A DNA stretch of 32,000 bases from Candidatus Moraniibacteriota bacterium. GTDB lineage: Bacteria; Patescibacteriota; Minisyncoccia; Moranbacterales; GWC2-37-73. How positions within the stretch are numbered: position 1 is the first letter of the stretch; each line of letters begins with the position of its first letter. This document shows positions 17,564 through 25,117 of this stretch, piece by piece. A program made the position numbers and the translations under genes. The DNA is taken from assembly GCA_013336225.1 (NCBI GenBank), contig JAAXUC010000007.1, forward strand, positions 27,554-59,553, in the 5' to 3' direction. Below the pieces are notes generated by a model. It was not told the origin of the DNA, did no database searches, and was given only the letters and a program-made list of their open reading frames with translations.

Positions 17564-18145
17564 ATGAAAAAACAATCAAAAAAAATAGACGAGACAGAAA
17601 AGAAAGATATTAAGGATATTGAAGAACCTGCCCGCAATGCTTCGCATAGCGATGCAGGCGGGGAAATTGTGGAAAAGCCAGAAACCGAGATTGAGCAGCT
17701 TGCAAAAAAAGCGGCCGAAAATCTTGATGGATGGCAACGATGCCAAGCTGACTTTGAAAATTACAAAAAGCGCAGCAGCGAGTCGCAAAAAGATTTGGTG
17801 AAATATGCAACGCAGAGCATCATTTTGGAAATCTTGCCAGTGATCGACAATTTCCATGCTTCAACTGATCACATTCCAGCCGAGCAAAAAGACAATTCCT
17901 GGGTGACTGGAATCATGTACATTCAAAAACAATTGGAAAACATTGTGACAGAAAATGGAGTTGAAGAAATTGAAGTGAAAATTGGAGGAAATTTTGATCC
18001 AATCTATCACGAAGCGATTGAGGACAAGGAATGTGTTGATTGCAAAGTTGATCACAAATACAAGAATAAGATTAAGAAAATTTTGACCAAGGGATATAAG
18101 ATTGGGGACAGGGTCATTCGGGCAGCAAGAGTGGTGGTGGAATAG
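17564..18145 (+). CDS. grpE: Nucleotide exchange factor GrpE
   Basis: WQRCQADFENYKKR and the C-terminal beta domain GYKIGDRVIRAARVVV. Confidence 0.93.
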   Translation: MKKQSKKIDETEKKDIKDIEEPARNASHSDAGGEIVEKPETEIEQLAKKAAENLDGWQRCQADFENYKKRSSESQKDLVKYATQSIILEILPVIDNFHASTDHIPAEQKDNSWVTGIMYIQKQLENIVTENGVEEIEVKIGGNFDPIYHEAIEDKECVDCKVDHKYKNKIKKILTKGYKIGDRVIRAARVVVE

Positions 18146-18184
18146 CTTATTAGGCGTTAGCTTCTTAGCTTTTCAGGAAAATGC
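18143..18184 (+). repeat. TAGCTT-word element E5 (single arm)
   Basis: tagcttattaggcgttagcttcttagcttttcaggaaaatgc, beginning with the grpE TAG stop. Confidence 0.55.
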
Positions 18185-18198
18185 GGGCAAATAAAAAA

Positions 18199-18233
18199 GC
18201 CCCAATGGGCATAAGTTAAATATCCCATGGGGC
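18199..18233. other. Hairpin between grpE and dnaK
   Basis: Stem gccccaatggg / cccatggggc (one bulge). An A6 run lies upstream and no T-run follows on the plus strand, so it looks like a terminator only on the minus strand. Confidence 0.45.
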
Positions 18234-18434
18234 AAAGCAGGCAGCGTTGTGCCAAGCTCTAATGTGATTATATCACAAACAAAAGACAAAATACAACATA
18301 CAAAATGCAATAAGAAATATAATGTATATTTGGTGATAATTAGATAATTAAATTAAAAAATAAATCATAATTAATAGACAATTTACAATAAACATTGGAT
18401 TTTGAATATTGTATTTTGGATATTGAAAAAGTAT

Positions 18435-20366
18435 ATGAGTAAAATTCTCGGAATCGACTTAGGAACAACAAACAGCGCGATGGCAATCGTGACTGGAGGT
18501 AAACCAGAAATCCTCGAAAACAAAGAGGGAAATCGCACCACACCTTCAATGGTGGCAATCTCAAAAACAGGAGAACGCTTGGCTGGACTATTGGCAAAAC
18601 GACAATCAGTGACCAACCCTGCCAACACTTTGTATTCAATCAAGCGTTTGATTGGGCGCGCCTATCACGACGCTGAAGTTCAACGGGATGAAAAATTGAT
18701 GCCATACAAAATTGTGCACGCTGGCGAAAACGTCAAAGTGACCATGGGTGACAAAGACTATTCTCCACAAGAAATTTCAGCCATGATTTTGGGAAAATTG
18801 AAAGCTGATGCTGAAGAAAAATTGGGAGAAAAAATCACAGATGCTGTGATCACAGTGCCTGCATATTTCGATGATGCTCAAAGAAAAGCCACCAAGGAAG
18901 CTGGAGAAATTGCAGGTTTCAATGTGCGTCGCGTGATCAATGAACCGACAGCAGCCGCTTTGGCCTATGGTTTTGACAAGAAAGCTGATGAAAAAATCGC
19001 AGTCTATGATTTGGGTGGAGGAACTTTCGACATTTCAATCTTGGAAGTTGGAGGGGACACAGTGGAAGTGAAATCAACCAATGGCGACACTCATCTTGGA
19101 GGAGACGACTTTGATCAAATCATCATTCAATGGATCATCGATGAATTCAAAAAACAAGAAGGCATCGATCTTTCCAATGATCCTTTGTCATTGCAACGCA
19201 TCAAAGAAGCTGCTGAAAAAGCCAAGATTGAACTTTCAACCGCGCAAGACACTGAAATCAATCAACCTTTCATCACTTCTGATGCATCGGGTCCAAAACA
19301 TTTGGTGATGAAAATGACTCGCGCAAAATTGGAAGAATTGGTTGGCGACCTTGTGCAAAAAACACTTGAGCCAGTGAAAAAGGCACTTGCTGATTCAAAA
19401 CTTTCAGTAGCAGATATCAATGAGATCGTGATGGTGGGAGGAATGACTCGCATGCCATTGGTTTTGCAAACAGTTGAAAAATTCTTTGGCAAAAAACCAA
19501 ACATTTCCGTGAACCCTGACGAAGTGGTGGCGCTTGGTGCAGCCATTCAAGGAGGAGTGCTTGAGGGAAGCGTGAAAGATGTTTTGCTTTTGGATGTGAC
19601 TCCACTGACTCTTGGAATCGAAACCATGGGAGGAATTTCAACTCCGCTGATTGAAAGAAACACCACGGTGCCAACGAGCAAAACTCAGACCTTCTCAACC
19701 GCTGCTGACAATCAACCAGGCGTTGAAATTCATGTGTTGCAAGGAGAACGCGAAGTTGCTTCAGGCAACAAGACCCTTGGAAAATTCTTGCTCGATGGAA
19801 TTCCACCATCACCTCGCGGAGTGCCACAAATTGAAGTGGAATTTGACATTGATGCCAACGGAATTTTAAATGTAACTGCCAAAGACAAAGCAACTGGAAA
19901 ATCACAATCAATCAAAATCGAAGCATCATCCGGTCTTTCAAAGGAAGAAATTGAAAAAATGAAAAAAGATGCTGAAATGCATGCTGATGAAGACAAGCAG
20001 AAGAAAGAATTGGTTGAAGCTCGCAACATGGCTGACACACTTGTCTATACAACTGAGAAAGCCATGCGCGATGCTGGTGAGAAGGTGACCGAAGAGGAAA
20101 CCAAGCCAGTCAAAGAAGCAATTGAGGAATTGAACAAAGTGAAAAACGGTGAGGACTTGAATGAAATTAAAGCCAAAACCGAAACACTTTCGCAAGCTGC
20201 GCAAAAGATTGGTGAAAAACTCTATGCTGCTGCCGAGGAAACAAAAAAGGCTGAAGCTGAAGCCAACGCCGGCGCCGAAGGCGCACCAGTGAAAGAGGCA
20301 GAAGTTGAAGGCGACAAGCCTGCTGACGAAGCAGGGGAGGAGAAAAAAGACGAAGACAAAAAATAA
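18435..20366 (+). CDS. dnaK: Molecular chaperone DnaK (Hsp70)
   Basis: [30 protein letters not shown] and an acidic C-terminal tail. The start is set at Met 12 of the listed ORF. Confidence 0.97.
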   Translation: MSKILGIDLGTTNSAMAIVTGGKPEILENKEGNRTTPSMVAISKTGERLAGLLAKRQSVTNPANTLYSIKRLIGRAYHDAEVQRDEKLMPYKIVHAGENVKVTMGDKDYSPQEISAMILGKLKADAEEKLGEKITDAVITVPAYFDDAQRKATKEAGEIAGFNVRRVINEPTAAALAYGFDKKADEKIAVYDLGGGTFDISILEVGGDTVEVKSTNGDTHLGGDDFDQIIIQWIIDEFKKQEGIDLSNDPLSLQRIKEAAEKAKIELSTAQDTEINQPFITSDASGPKHLVMKMTRAKLEELVGDLVQKTLEPVKKALADSKLSVADINEIVMVGGMTRMPLVLQTVEKFFGKKPNISVNPDEVVALGAAIQGGVLEGSVKDVLLLDVTPLTLGIETMGGISTPLIERNTTVPTSKTQTFSTAADNQPGVEIHVLQGEREVASGNKTLGKFLLDGIPPSPRGVPQIEVEFDIDANGILNVTAKDKATGKSQSIKIEASSGLSKEEIEKMKKDAEMHADEDKQKKELVEARNMADTLVYTTEKAMRDAGEKVTEEETKPVKEAIEELNKVKNGEDLNEIKAKTETLSQAAQKIGEKLYAAAEETKKAEAEANAGAEGAPVKEAEVEGDKPADEAGEEKKDEDKK

Positions 20367-20372
20367 TCTTTA

Positions 20373-20403
20373 AAAGAGCGAGGCACTTAGCCTCGCTCTT
20401 TTG
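20373..20403 (+). terminator. Intrinsic terminator after dnaK
   Basis: Stem agagcgaggc / gcctcgctct, loop actta, followed by tttt. Confidence 0.85.
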
Positions 20404-20423
20404 TAAAAAAGTGACTAATAAAT

Positions 20424-21227
20424 ATGAACAATACAGAAGAAGTTATACAAACTAGAATTTCTGCATATGGTCCAGGTTATTCAATAATTGATTTTGCATT
20501 GGATACGACAATTTTAAACTCCAATAATGATGGTGATAAAAAAATTTTCACCTTTGCATTCTTAGGGAGAAAAATAATTTGGACAAATCCAATCCAGGAT
20601 AACAAAGGTGGGCAATATGTGCAACGTATAACAATAGATTGGCTTGATCAAAAAGAATATTCGGACTATGGAGTAGTGATGAAATTTTTGAGTGCAGTTT
20701 GTTTTCTGGTTGATGGAATTGTTTTGGATGTGTTATTTGATGCGTCTGGACCATTCCCTGGTCCTAGATGTTCCAGGAAAGTTAGTTTTTCATGTTTGAA
20801 TGGATATGAAATTGATTTTCTTATTGCCAGTGTGGATTGGGAAAAAATTTCAGATAATAATTGGGCAATGTTGGCGTATTACAGACAAGGAGTAAATTCA
20901 AGAAGTTCGCATACAGCATTTCTATCTTTCTGGAATATATTAGAAGTTTATTTCAAAAGAAATCATGATGATATTAAAAAGTACATAAATGAAGAAATTG
21001 AAAAAATGCAAAGTTTTGAAGAGTGGAAGAAGAAAAATGGTTTAAATTTTTATAGGAAATTAAAAGATACAAGGCATAAATCAGCACATGTTCTTTTGAA
21101 TGATGATTCCATGAGTCAAATGCAAAATCCTGATAATCCAATTGAATATATTGAAATGAATGAAAATAAATTGATTATAAAAAGTTTAAGTGAAAAAATA
21201 ATTAATTCATGTCTTTATAAAAAATAA
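20424..21227 (+). CDS. Hypothetical protein with a C-terminal HEPN-like region (Rx4H)
   Basis: 267-codon ORF. The helical C-terminal half AYYRQGVNS..FLSFWNILEVYF ... TRHKSAH has R217-x4-H222 at 21072-21089. The functional assignment is motif-level only. Confidence 0.65.
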   Translation: MNNTEEVIQTRISAYGPGYSIIDFALDTTILNSNNDGDKKIFTFAFLGRKIIWTNPIQDNKGGQYVQRITIDWLDQKEYSDYGVVMKFLSAVCFLVDGIVLDVLFDASGPFPGPRCSRKVSFSCLNGYEIDFLIASVDWEKISDNNWAMLAYYRQGVNSRSSHTAFLSFWNILEVYFKRNHDDIKKYINEEIEKMQSFEEWKKKNGLNFYRKLKDTRHKSAHVLLNDDSMSQMQNPDNPIEYIEMNENKLIIKSLSEKIINSCLYKK

Positions 21228-21322
21228 AAGATGCTATAAAATTCATCATCATCCACATCACTCACGAAAATCTCAAAGAAGCGATGCATGAAAATTGAAG
21301 TCGAGGCAAATGGGGAATATAT

Positions 21323-21393
21323 AAATTGGATAAAACGAGAAACAGAATAAATTTTGCCAAAGAAAAAAGCCCTGCGATTTCGCGGGGCTTTTT
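21323..21393. repeat. Copy A of a ~70-nt module (conserved 45 nt plus terminator hairpin) 3' of ORF 21413..22111
   Basis: aaattggataaaacgagaaacagaataaattttgccaaagaaaaaagccctgcgatttcgcggggcttttt. Compare copy B at 22292-22364. Confidence 0.6.
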
Positions 21394-21412
21394 GTTTCAC
21401 ATTCTTTTAATG

Positions 21413-22111
21413 CTAATGGAGTGATGCATTGACATTGAATTTGTCATGAAGAAAAGTCCGTATGCCGATATCGTCCAAAGTTCTTTCTTTTGTGGTTATG
21501 TCTTTTGTCCACTTGAAAAGTATTCCATATGTCATGAATCCCTTGCTACTCTTGAAAAACCTTATAAACTGGGCATCATGTTTTTCAAAGCAGTTCTTGA
21601 TTTTTGAAATAGTCTCTTCCTCTTTCATTCCTGCGAGAAAATTGACTATCTCTTTTTCACGGCGAAATTCCAATTCAATTTTTAAAAAGTCATAAGATTC
21701 GGCTGCAAAAATTGGTTCGCGCACATTGAATGGTGGTGGATATGCTTTAATAACTTCCATTGCAATCAATTTGCGCATTTGGCCGGAAAGCATTGCCGCG
21801 GTTTTTGGATGCATTTTCTTATTATTCATGGCTCCCTGAAAAAACATTTCCAGGTCTACTTGAAAACCGCCTGTTGTCTTGCTTTTACTTATTGACCATG
21901 ATAATACATTGCCGCCGCTATAGAAATTGAGTTGCTTAATCCACGTCGGCATCATTTTGCGAAGCCATGCTCGATGTCCATTGAGAAAGCATTTTGTTTC
22001 GCAGGAAATCTTTACAGTTGTTCCGAGGTCTGGCTCATAAATATTCTCCAGGCCTAGTAGCAATTTTTTCAACGCAATTGGTTTTCTGACTCCAGGTTTT
22101 GTTCCTTGCAT
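21413..22111 (-). CDS. Hypothetical protein; possible Pol-beta-fold nucleotidyltransferase (weak motif)
   Basis: AGGAGG lies 5 nt upstream of the ATG. FYSGG-x18-DLEM (21848-21919) resembles hG[GS]...[DE]h[DE]h, but the spacing is longer than in minimal NTases. Confidence 0.7.
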   Translation of the reverse strand: MQGTKPGVRKPIALKKLLLGLENIYEPDLGTTVKISCETKCFLNGHRAWLRKMMPTWIKQLNFYSGGNVLSWSISKSKTTGGFQVDLEMFFQGAMNNKKMHPKTAAMLSGQMRKLIAMEVIKAYPPPFNVREPIFAAESYDFLKIELEFRREKEIVNFLAGMKEEETISKIKNCFEKHDAQFIRFFKSSKGFMTYGILFKWTKDITTKERTLDDIGIRTFLHDKFNVNASLH

Positions 22112-22291
22112 GACATCCTCCTGTCACAATCTTTTTATTTGTGCCCGTCCAGGGCCGTTCATTTTTTGCAGATCCTGTCTGCTTGTACACTGCCGCCTCC
22201 TTGTCGGCCATTTTGTTAAAAAACTCATTTCACCCAATATTTATTGGTTTTTTAATATATCAACAAATCTATGCAAAAGCAAGGGATATGC

Positions 22292-22364
22292 AAATTGGAT
22301 AAAACAAGAAACAAGATAAATTTTGCTAAATAAAAAAGCCTCGCGTCACTGCGCGGGGCTCTTT
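22292..22364. repeat. Copy B of the ~70-nt module, 3' of ORF 22381..22938
   Basis: aaattggataaaacaagaaacaagataaattttgctaaataaaaaagcctcgcgtcactgcgcggggctcttt. Confidence 0.6.
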
Positions 22365-22380
22365 GTGCTTAGTTGTGTTT

Positions 22381-22938
22381 TTACTGCATGATGTAATCGA
22401 CTCCTGTGCCGAAATTTGCTCGGCTTCGTTGGTCACTGTAGCGGACTGGATTCCATGGCGAGAGATAATTCTCCTCGAAATATTTCATGAATAAATCAAA
22501 TTGCTTTGAAGTTTCAGGAAAAATCCCAATAGTTAATTCGTGACTGTTCATGACAGCGCGTACGACTTCAAATTGAAAATCCTGCTCCTCTATGAATCCG
22601 CGTTTTGTGAAATGAAGCAGAAAAATCTGACGAAAGAGAAAGGCCACGCCCGCAATCAATTCAGCAGGGTTAAAACTTTTTTCATGTAAAATTTCATGTG
22701 CCTCTTTGTCGCGTCCTTCTTTATTGGCAAGAATCATTTCAATCTGTTGTCTTGCTTCAACCTCACTGCCCATTGGGTTGATTATGAAGAAGTTCAGTGC
22801 TTGTGTAATGAATAGTGAAAACGTTTTCAAGTCATCGCTCGTTTCGCTTTGTTTTAGCAAATACATACTCTTGAACAAAACATTATTGAATATGCTTGGG
22901 GTCAAATAACGAGTTGCCAAAATTTGTAATCTTCTCAT
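22381..22938 (-). CDS. All-helical hypothetical protein with Rx4-5H and HExxH strings
   Basis: AAGGAG lies 7 nt upstream of ATG 22938; the listed TTG start at 22956 lies inside that SD. Motifs are RDKEAH (22696-22713), overlapping HEILH, and RAVMNSH. Confidence 0.7.
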   Translation of the reverse strand: MRRLQILATRYLTPSIFNNVLFKSMYLLKQSETSDDLKTFSLFITQALNFFIINPMGSEVEARQQIEMILANKEGRDKEAHEILHEKSFNPAELIAGVAFLFRQIFLLHFTKRGFIEEQDFQFEVVRAVMNSHELTIGIFPETSKQFDLFMKYFEENYLSPWNPVRYSDQRSRANFGTGVDYIMQ

Positions 22939-23114
22939 GAGAATCTCCTTTTTCAATTGGGAATGTGCTGCTTTTGGATTTTACCACTAACTTTGTATTA
23001 TACTCCAAAATAAGCCAAAAGTCAAGGTAGTAGGGAATTGAGGCTTTTCTCAGGCTCAAAGTGATGGTGCCAAAAAAATGCGGTCGTCTGAATTTGGCGC
23101 CAGGTTGGAACACG

Positions 23115-23151
23115 AAAAAAGACCTTGCGATTTTGACCGCAAGGTCTTTTA
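23115..23151 (-). terminator. Intrinsic terminator of the 23884..23189 operon
   Basis: Stem agaccttgcg / cgcaaggtct. The A6 run on the plus strand gives a T-run on the minus strand. Confidence 0.8.
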
Positions 23152-23188
23152 TTTTGGATTGATAATGCAACTTTGTAGTTTTATGAGA

Positions 23189-23521
23189 TCATGGTTGATC
23201 TTTTGCTTCAGTATTGCTTTTCAACAACACTTTCAGGAATAGGTCTGGAAATTTTTTTCGAATCATTCTTCCAATGAAAAAGAAAATGATCACTGTCAGC
23301 AGATTGAGAACCGAAAATGACTTGTCGTCAATTTGGCCTATCAGGATGAAGCTGAAATTGACCGAGATGATCGTTGTCAACATTGCCATTGATCCAAGAA
23401 TCGCATGTTGTTTTTTGGGTAGTTGCGCCAATCTGATGGCGTCATAATATGCACTTGAAAGGGGAAAAACCATGAGTAAGAAAATGCTGACAAGAAATTT
23501 GATGTTAAATAGTTCTGGCAT
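23189..23521 (-). CDS. Small integral membrane protein (about 3 TM segments)
   Basis: AAGGAG overlaps the upstream gene's TAA stop, indicating translational coupling. Hydrophobic segments include FLVSIFLLMVFPL, ILGSMAMLTTIISVNFSFILI and LNLLTVIIFFFI. Confidence 0.75.
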   Translation of the reverse strand: MPELFNIKFLVSIFLLMVFPLSSAYYDAIRLAQLPKKQHAILGSMAMLTTIISVNFSFILIGQIDDKSFSVLNLLTVIIFFFIGRMIRKKFPDLFLKVLLKSNTEAKDQP

Positions 23522-23533
23522 GGTTATTCTCCT

Positions 23534-23884
23534 TTAGCATTCTGCACATTCGGAAATGAAAAGCACATTTATTCCAAATTGCAGTTGGATTGTTGGATGC
23601 GTGTCAGTGTAGGTCAAACATCCATCCAGGGCTGATTCATTCGTTCTCATCATTTCTTCAAAAATTTCCATTTCTGCGCAGATGTCCTCAGCTCCTTCTT
23701 CAAGCTCCTCAATGTTTTCTCCGAGCGATTGTTGATAGGCGTTTCGGATGTCCTCTGCATCAAAGATGATTTTTTTGACAAATTCCCGGGTTGATTCGGG
23801 CAGGTTCGGAAGTTTTTCAATGGCTGAGGCGTAGGCAATGAAATAATCAACATCATCGATAAAGACCTCCATCTCCGTGATCAA
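23534..23884 (-). CDS. Acidic hypothetical protein
   Basis: The ORF has a TTG start at 23884 with GAGGA upstream; ATG 23872 is an alternative. It is co-oriented with and 12 nt from the membrane-protein gene. Confidence 0.6.
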   Translation of the reverse strand: MITEMEVFIDDVDYFIAYASAIEKLPNLPESTREFVKKIIFDAEDIRNAYQQSLGENIEELEEGAEDICAEMEIFEEMMRTNESALDGCLTYTDTHPTIQLQFGINVLFISECAEC

Positions 23885-24042
23885 GGAGGAATCCTCGAAT
23901 TCAGGATCTATAAAAAGGTTTCTGTGGGTGCTGATTTCATGGGAGCCTCCTTTCTTTGATTTGTTAAATAGCTATCTTTGTTATGGGGCATAATTGAAAA
24001 AAAGTCCATAGCGCGCGATGAAATTAAAAGCAAAAAATGTTT

Positions 24043-24081
24043 AAAAAAATAGAGCTCAGTGAAATTTCACTGAGCTCTTTA
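24043..24081 (-). terminator. Intrinsic terminator of ORF 24092..24448
   Basis: Near-perfect palindrome agagctcagtgaaa/tttcactgagctct. The A7 run on the plus strand gives a T-run on the minus strand. Confidence 0.8.
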
Positions 24082-24091
24082 AATATTTGCT

Positions 24092-24448
24092 TCATTTTCT
24101 AGCAGACTTTTCGATGTTTTCATATACGGTTTCCAACATAATCATTATTTCTTTAATGAGTGCTTTTTTTGTTGGAATAAGTCTTAACTTGTTGTTAAAG
24201 TCTTTTGCAGCCATGAAAAGAAGAAGTTCAATAGAGTTTCCAATCATTTCATTGCGAATGTCAATTCGCACCGCGACGGTTATTTTCAGAAGGTCTTCAA
24301 GAGTAATAATATCCCTCTCGATGAGCTCATGGTGCGCATCGCTGCTGTTTTTTTCACGCTCAAGTTTGAGTTCTTCTTGTATTTCAGTGCAATAGTCATG
24401 GATTTTTGCAAGCATGTCGCAATTAAATGGCCTGTCTAGCTTTCTCAT
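24092..24448 (-). CDS. Helical hypothetical protein
   Basis: GAGGTG SD upstream and a terminator downstream. No motif recognised. Confidence 0.7.
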   Translation of the reverse strand: MRKLDRPFNCDMLAKIHDYCTEIQEELKLEREKNSSDAHHELIERDIITLEDLLKITVAVRIDIRNEMIGNSIELLLFMAAKDFNNKLRLIPTKKALIKEIMIMLETVYENIEKSARK

Positions 24449-24532
24449 GGTTCACCTCGTCCTCGTTTATTTTTTTAAAGTGCTTGTTTGTGTGTGGTAT
24501 TTTTATCCCTGATGCTATATTTAAGCGTAAAA

Positions 24533-24554
24533 TGACAAAGTTGTCAAGCATGCT
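24533..24554. promoter_or_regulatory. Candidate operator palindromes in a divergent spacer
   Basis: TGACAA-ag-TTGTCA (24533-24546) is immediately followed by the perfect palindrome AGCATGCT (24547-24554). Confidence 0.3.
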
Positions 24555-24641
24555 GTTTGTGCACCCTTTACAATAAACAGATTTAATGTTTAACTCATAT
24601 ATTGCTGTTCTTTAAACTATATCTAAAGGGGAGGTGAGATC

Positions 24642-25031
24642 ATGGAAGGATTCTTTGCTAGTGAGGAAAATCGGCAATTGTATGTTCAATACTATATGGA
24701 TCTCCATCAAGCCATTGAAGACTTTAGTGTTGCGCTTAAAATTGAGCTCAATAACCATTTTGCCAATCCCGGTAAGATTATCTCCATAGGAAATTCCCAT
24801 CTTGGTTTTCATGGATTCTTGCGTTGCGCATACAGGCTTTTGTATGAGAGGCCAAATTATTTTAATGTGAGGGCATTTAATAATGAAAAAGAAGATGTTT
24901 ATCGCGTTGGCATCTTGCTGGAATTGGAAAATTTCTTGGTAAATCTTCCAGGCGCGACAATTCCGCTGCGACCGCCAGCCATTAGTGCTTGGCTCTCGCT
25001 TAAACAACGTGATAGATATGTCCAATTTTAA
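24642..25031 (+). CDS. Hypothetical protein
   Basis: GGGGAGGTGA SD upstream and a terminator downstream. No motif recognised. Confidence 0.75.
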   Translation: MEGFFASEENRQLYVQYYMDLHQAIEDFSVALKIELNNHFANPGKIISIGNSHLGFHGFLRCAYRLLYERPNYFNVRAFNNEKEDVYRVGILLELENFLVNLPGATIPLRPPAISAWLSLKQRDRYVQF

Positions 25032-25066
25032 AAAGGCGAAATTTCATTGAAATATCGCCTTTTTTC
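25032..25066 (+). terminator. Intrinsic terminator
   Basis: Stem aggcga(aatttc) / (gaaata)tcgcct, followed by tttttt. Confidence 0.7.
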
Positions 25067-25081
25067 TATGTCCAATAAATC

Positions 25082-25090
25082 TGCTATAAT
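25082..25090 (+). promoter_or_regulatory. Extended -10 promoter
   Basis: TGcTATAAT lies 28 nt upstream of ATG 25118. Confidence 0.45.
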
Positions 25091-25117
25091 GAATGTATTA
25101 ATAATCAAAAATAAAAT

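Noticed and set aside
22110-22319. Plus-strand 69-aa ORF, and the 61-aa minus-strand ORF 21215..21400
   Set aside because: Both overlap terminator hairpins, the shared 70-nt module, or the start region of a real gene. Neither has an SD. The apparent peptide similarity (...NWIKRETE / ...NWIKQETR) comes from the DNA repeat, and its differences are non-synonymous.
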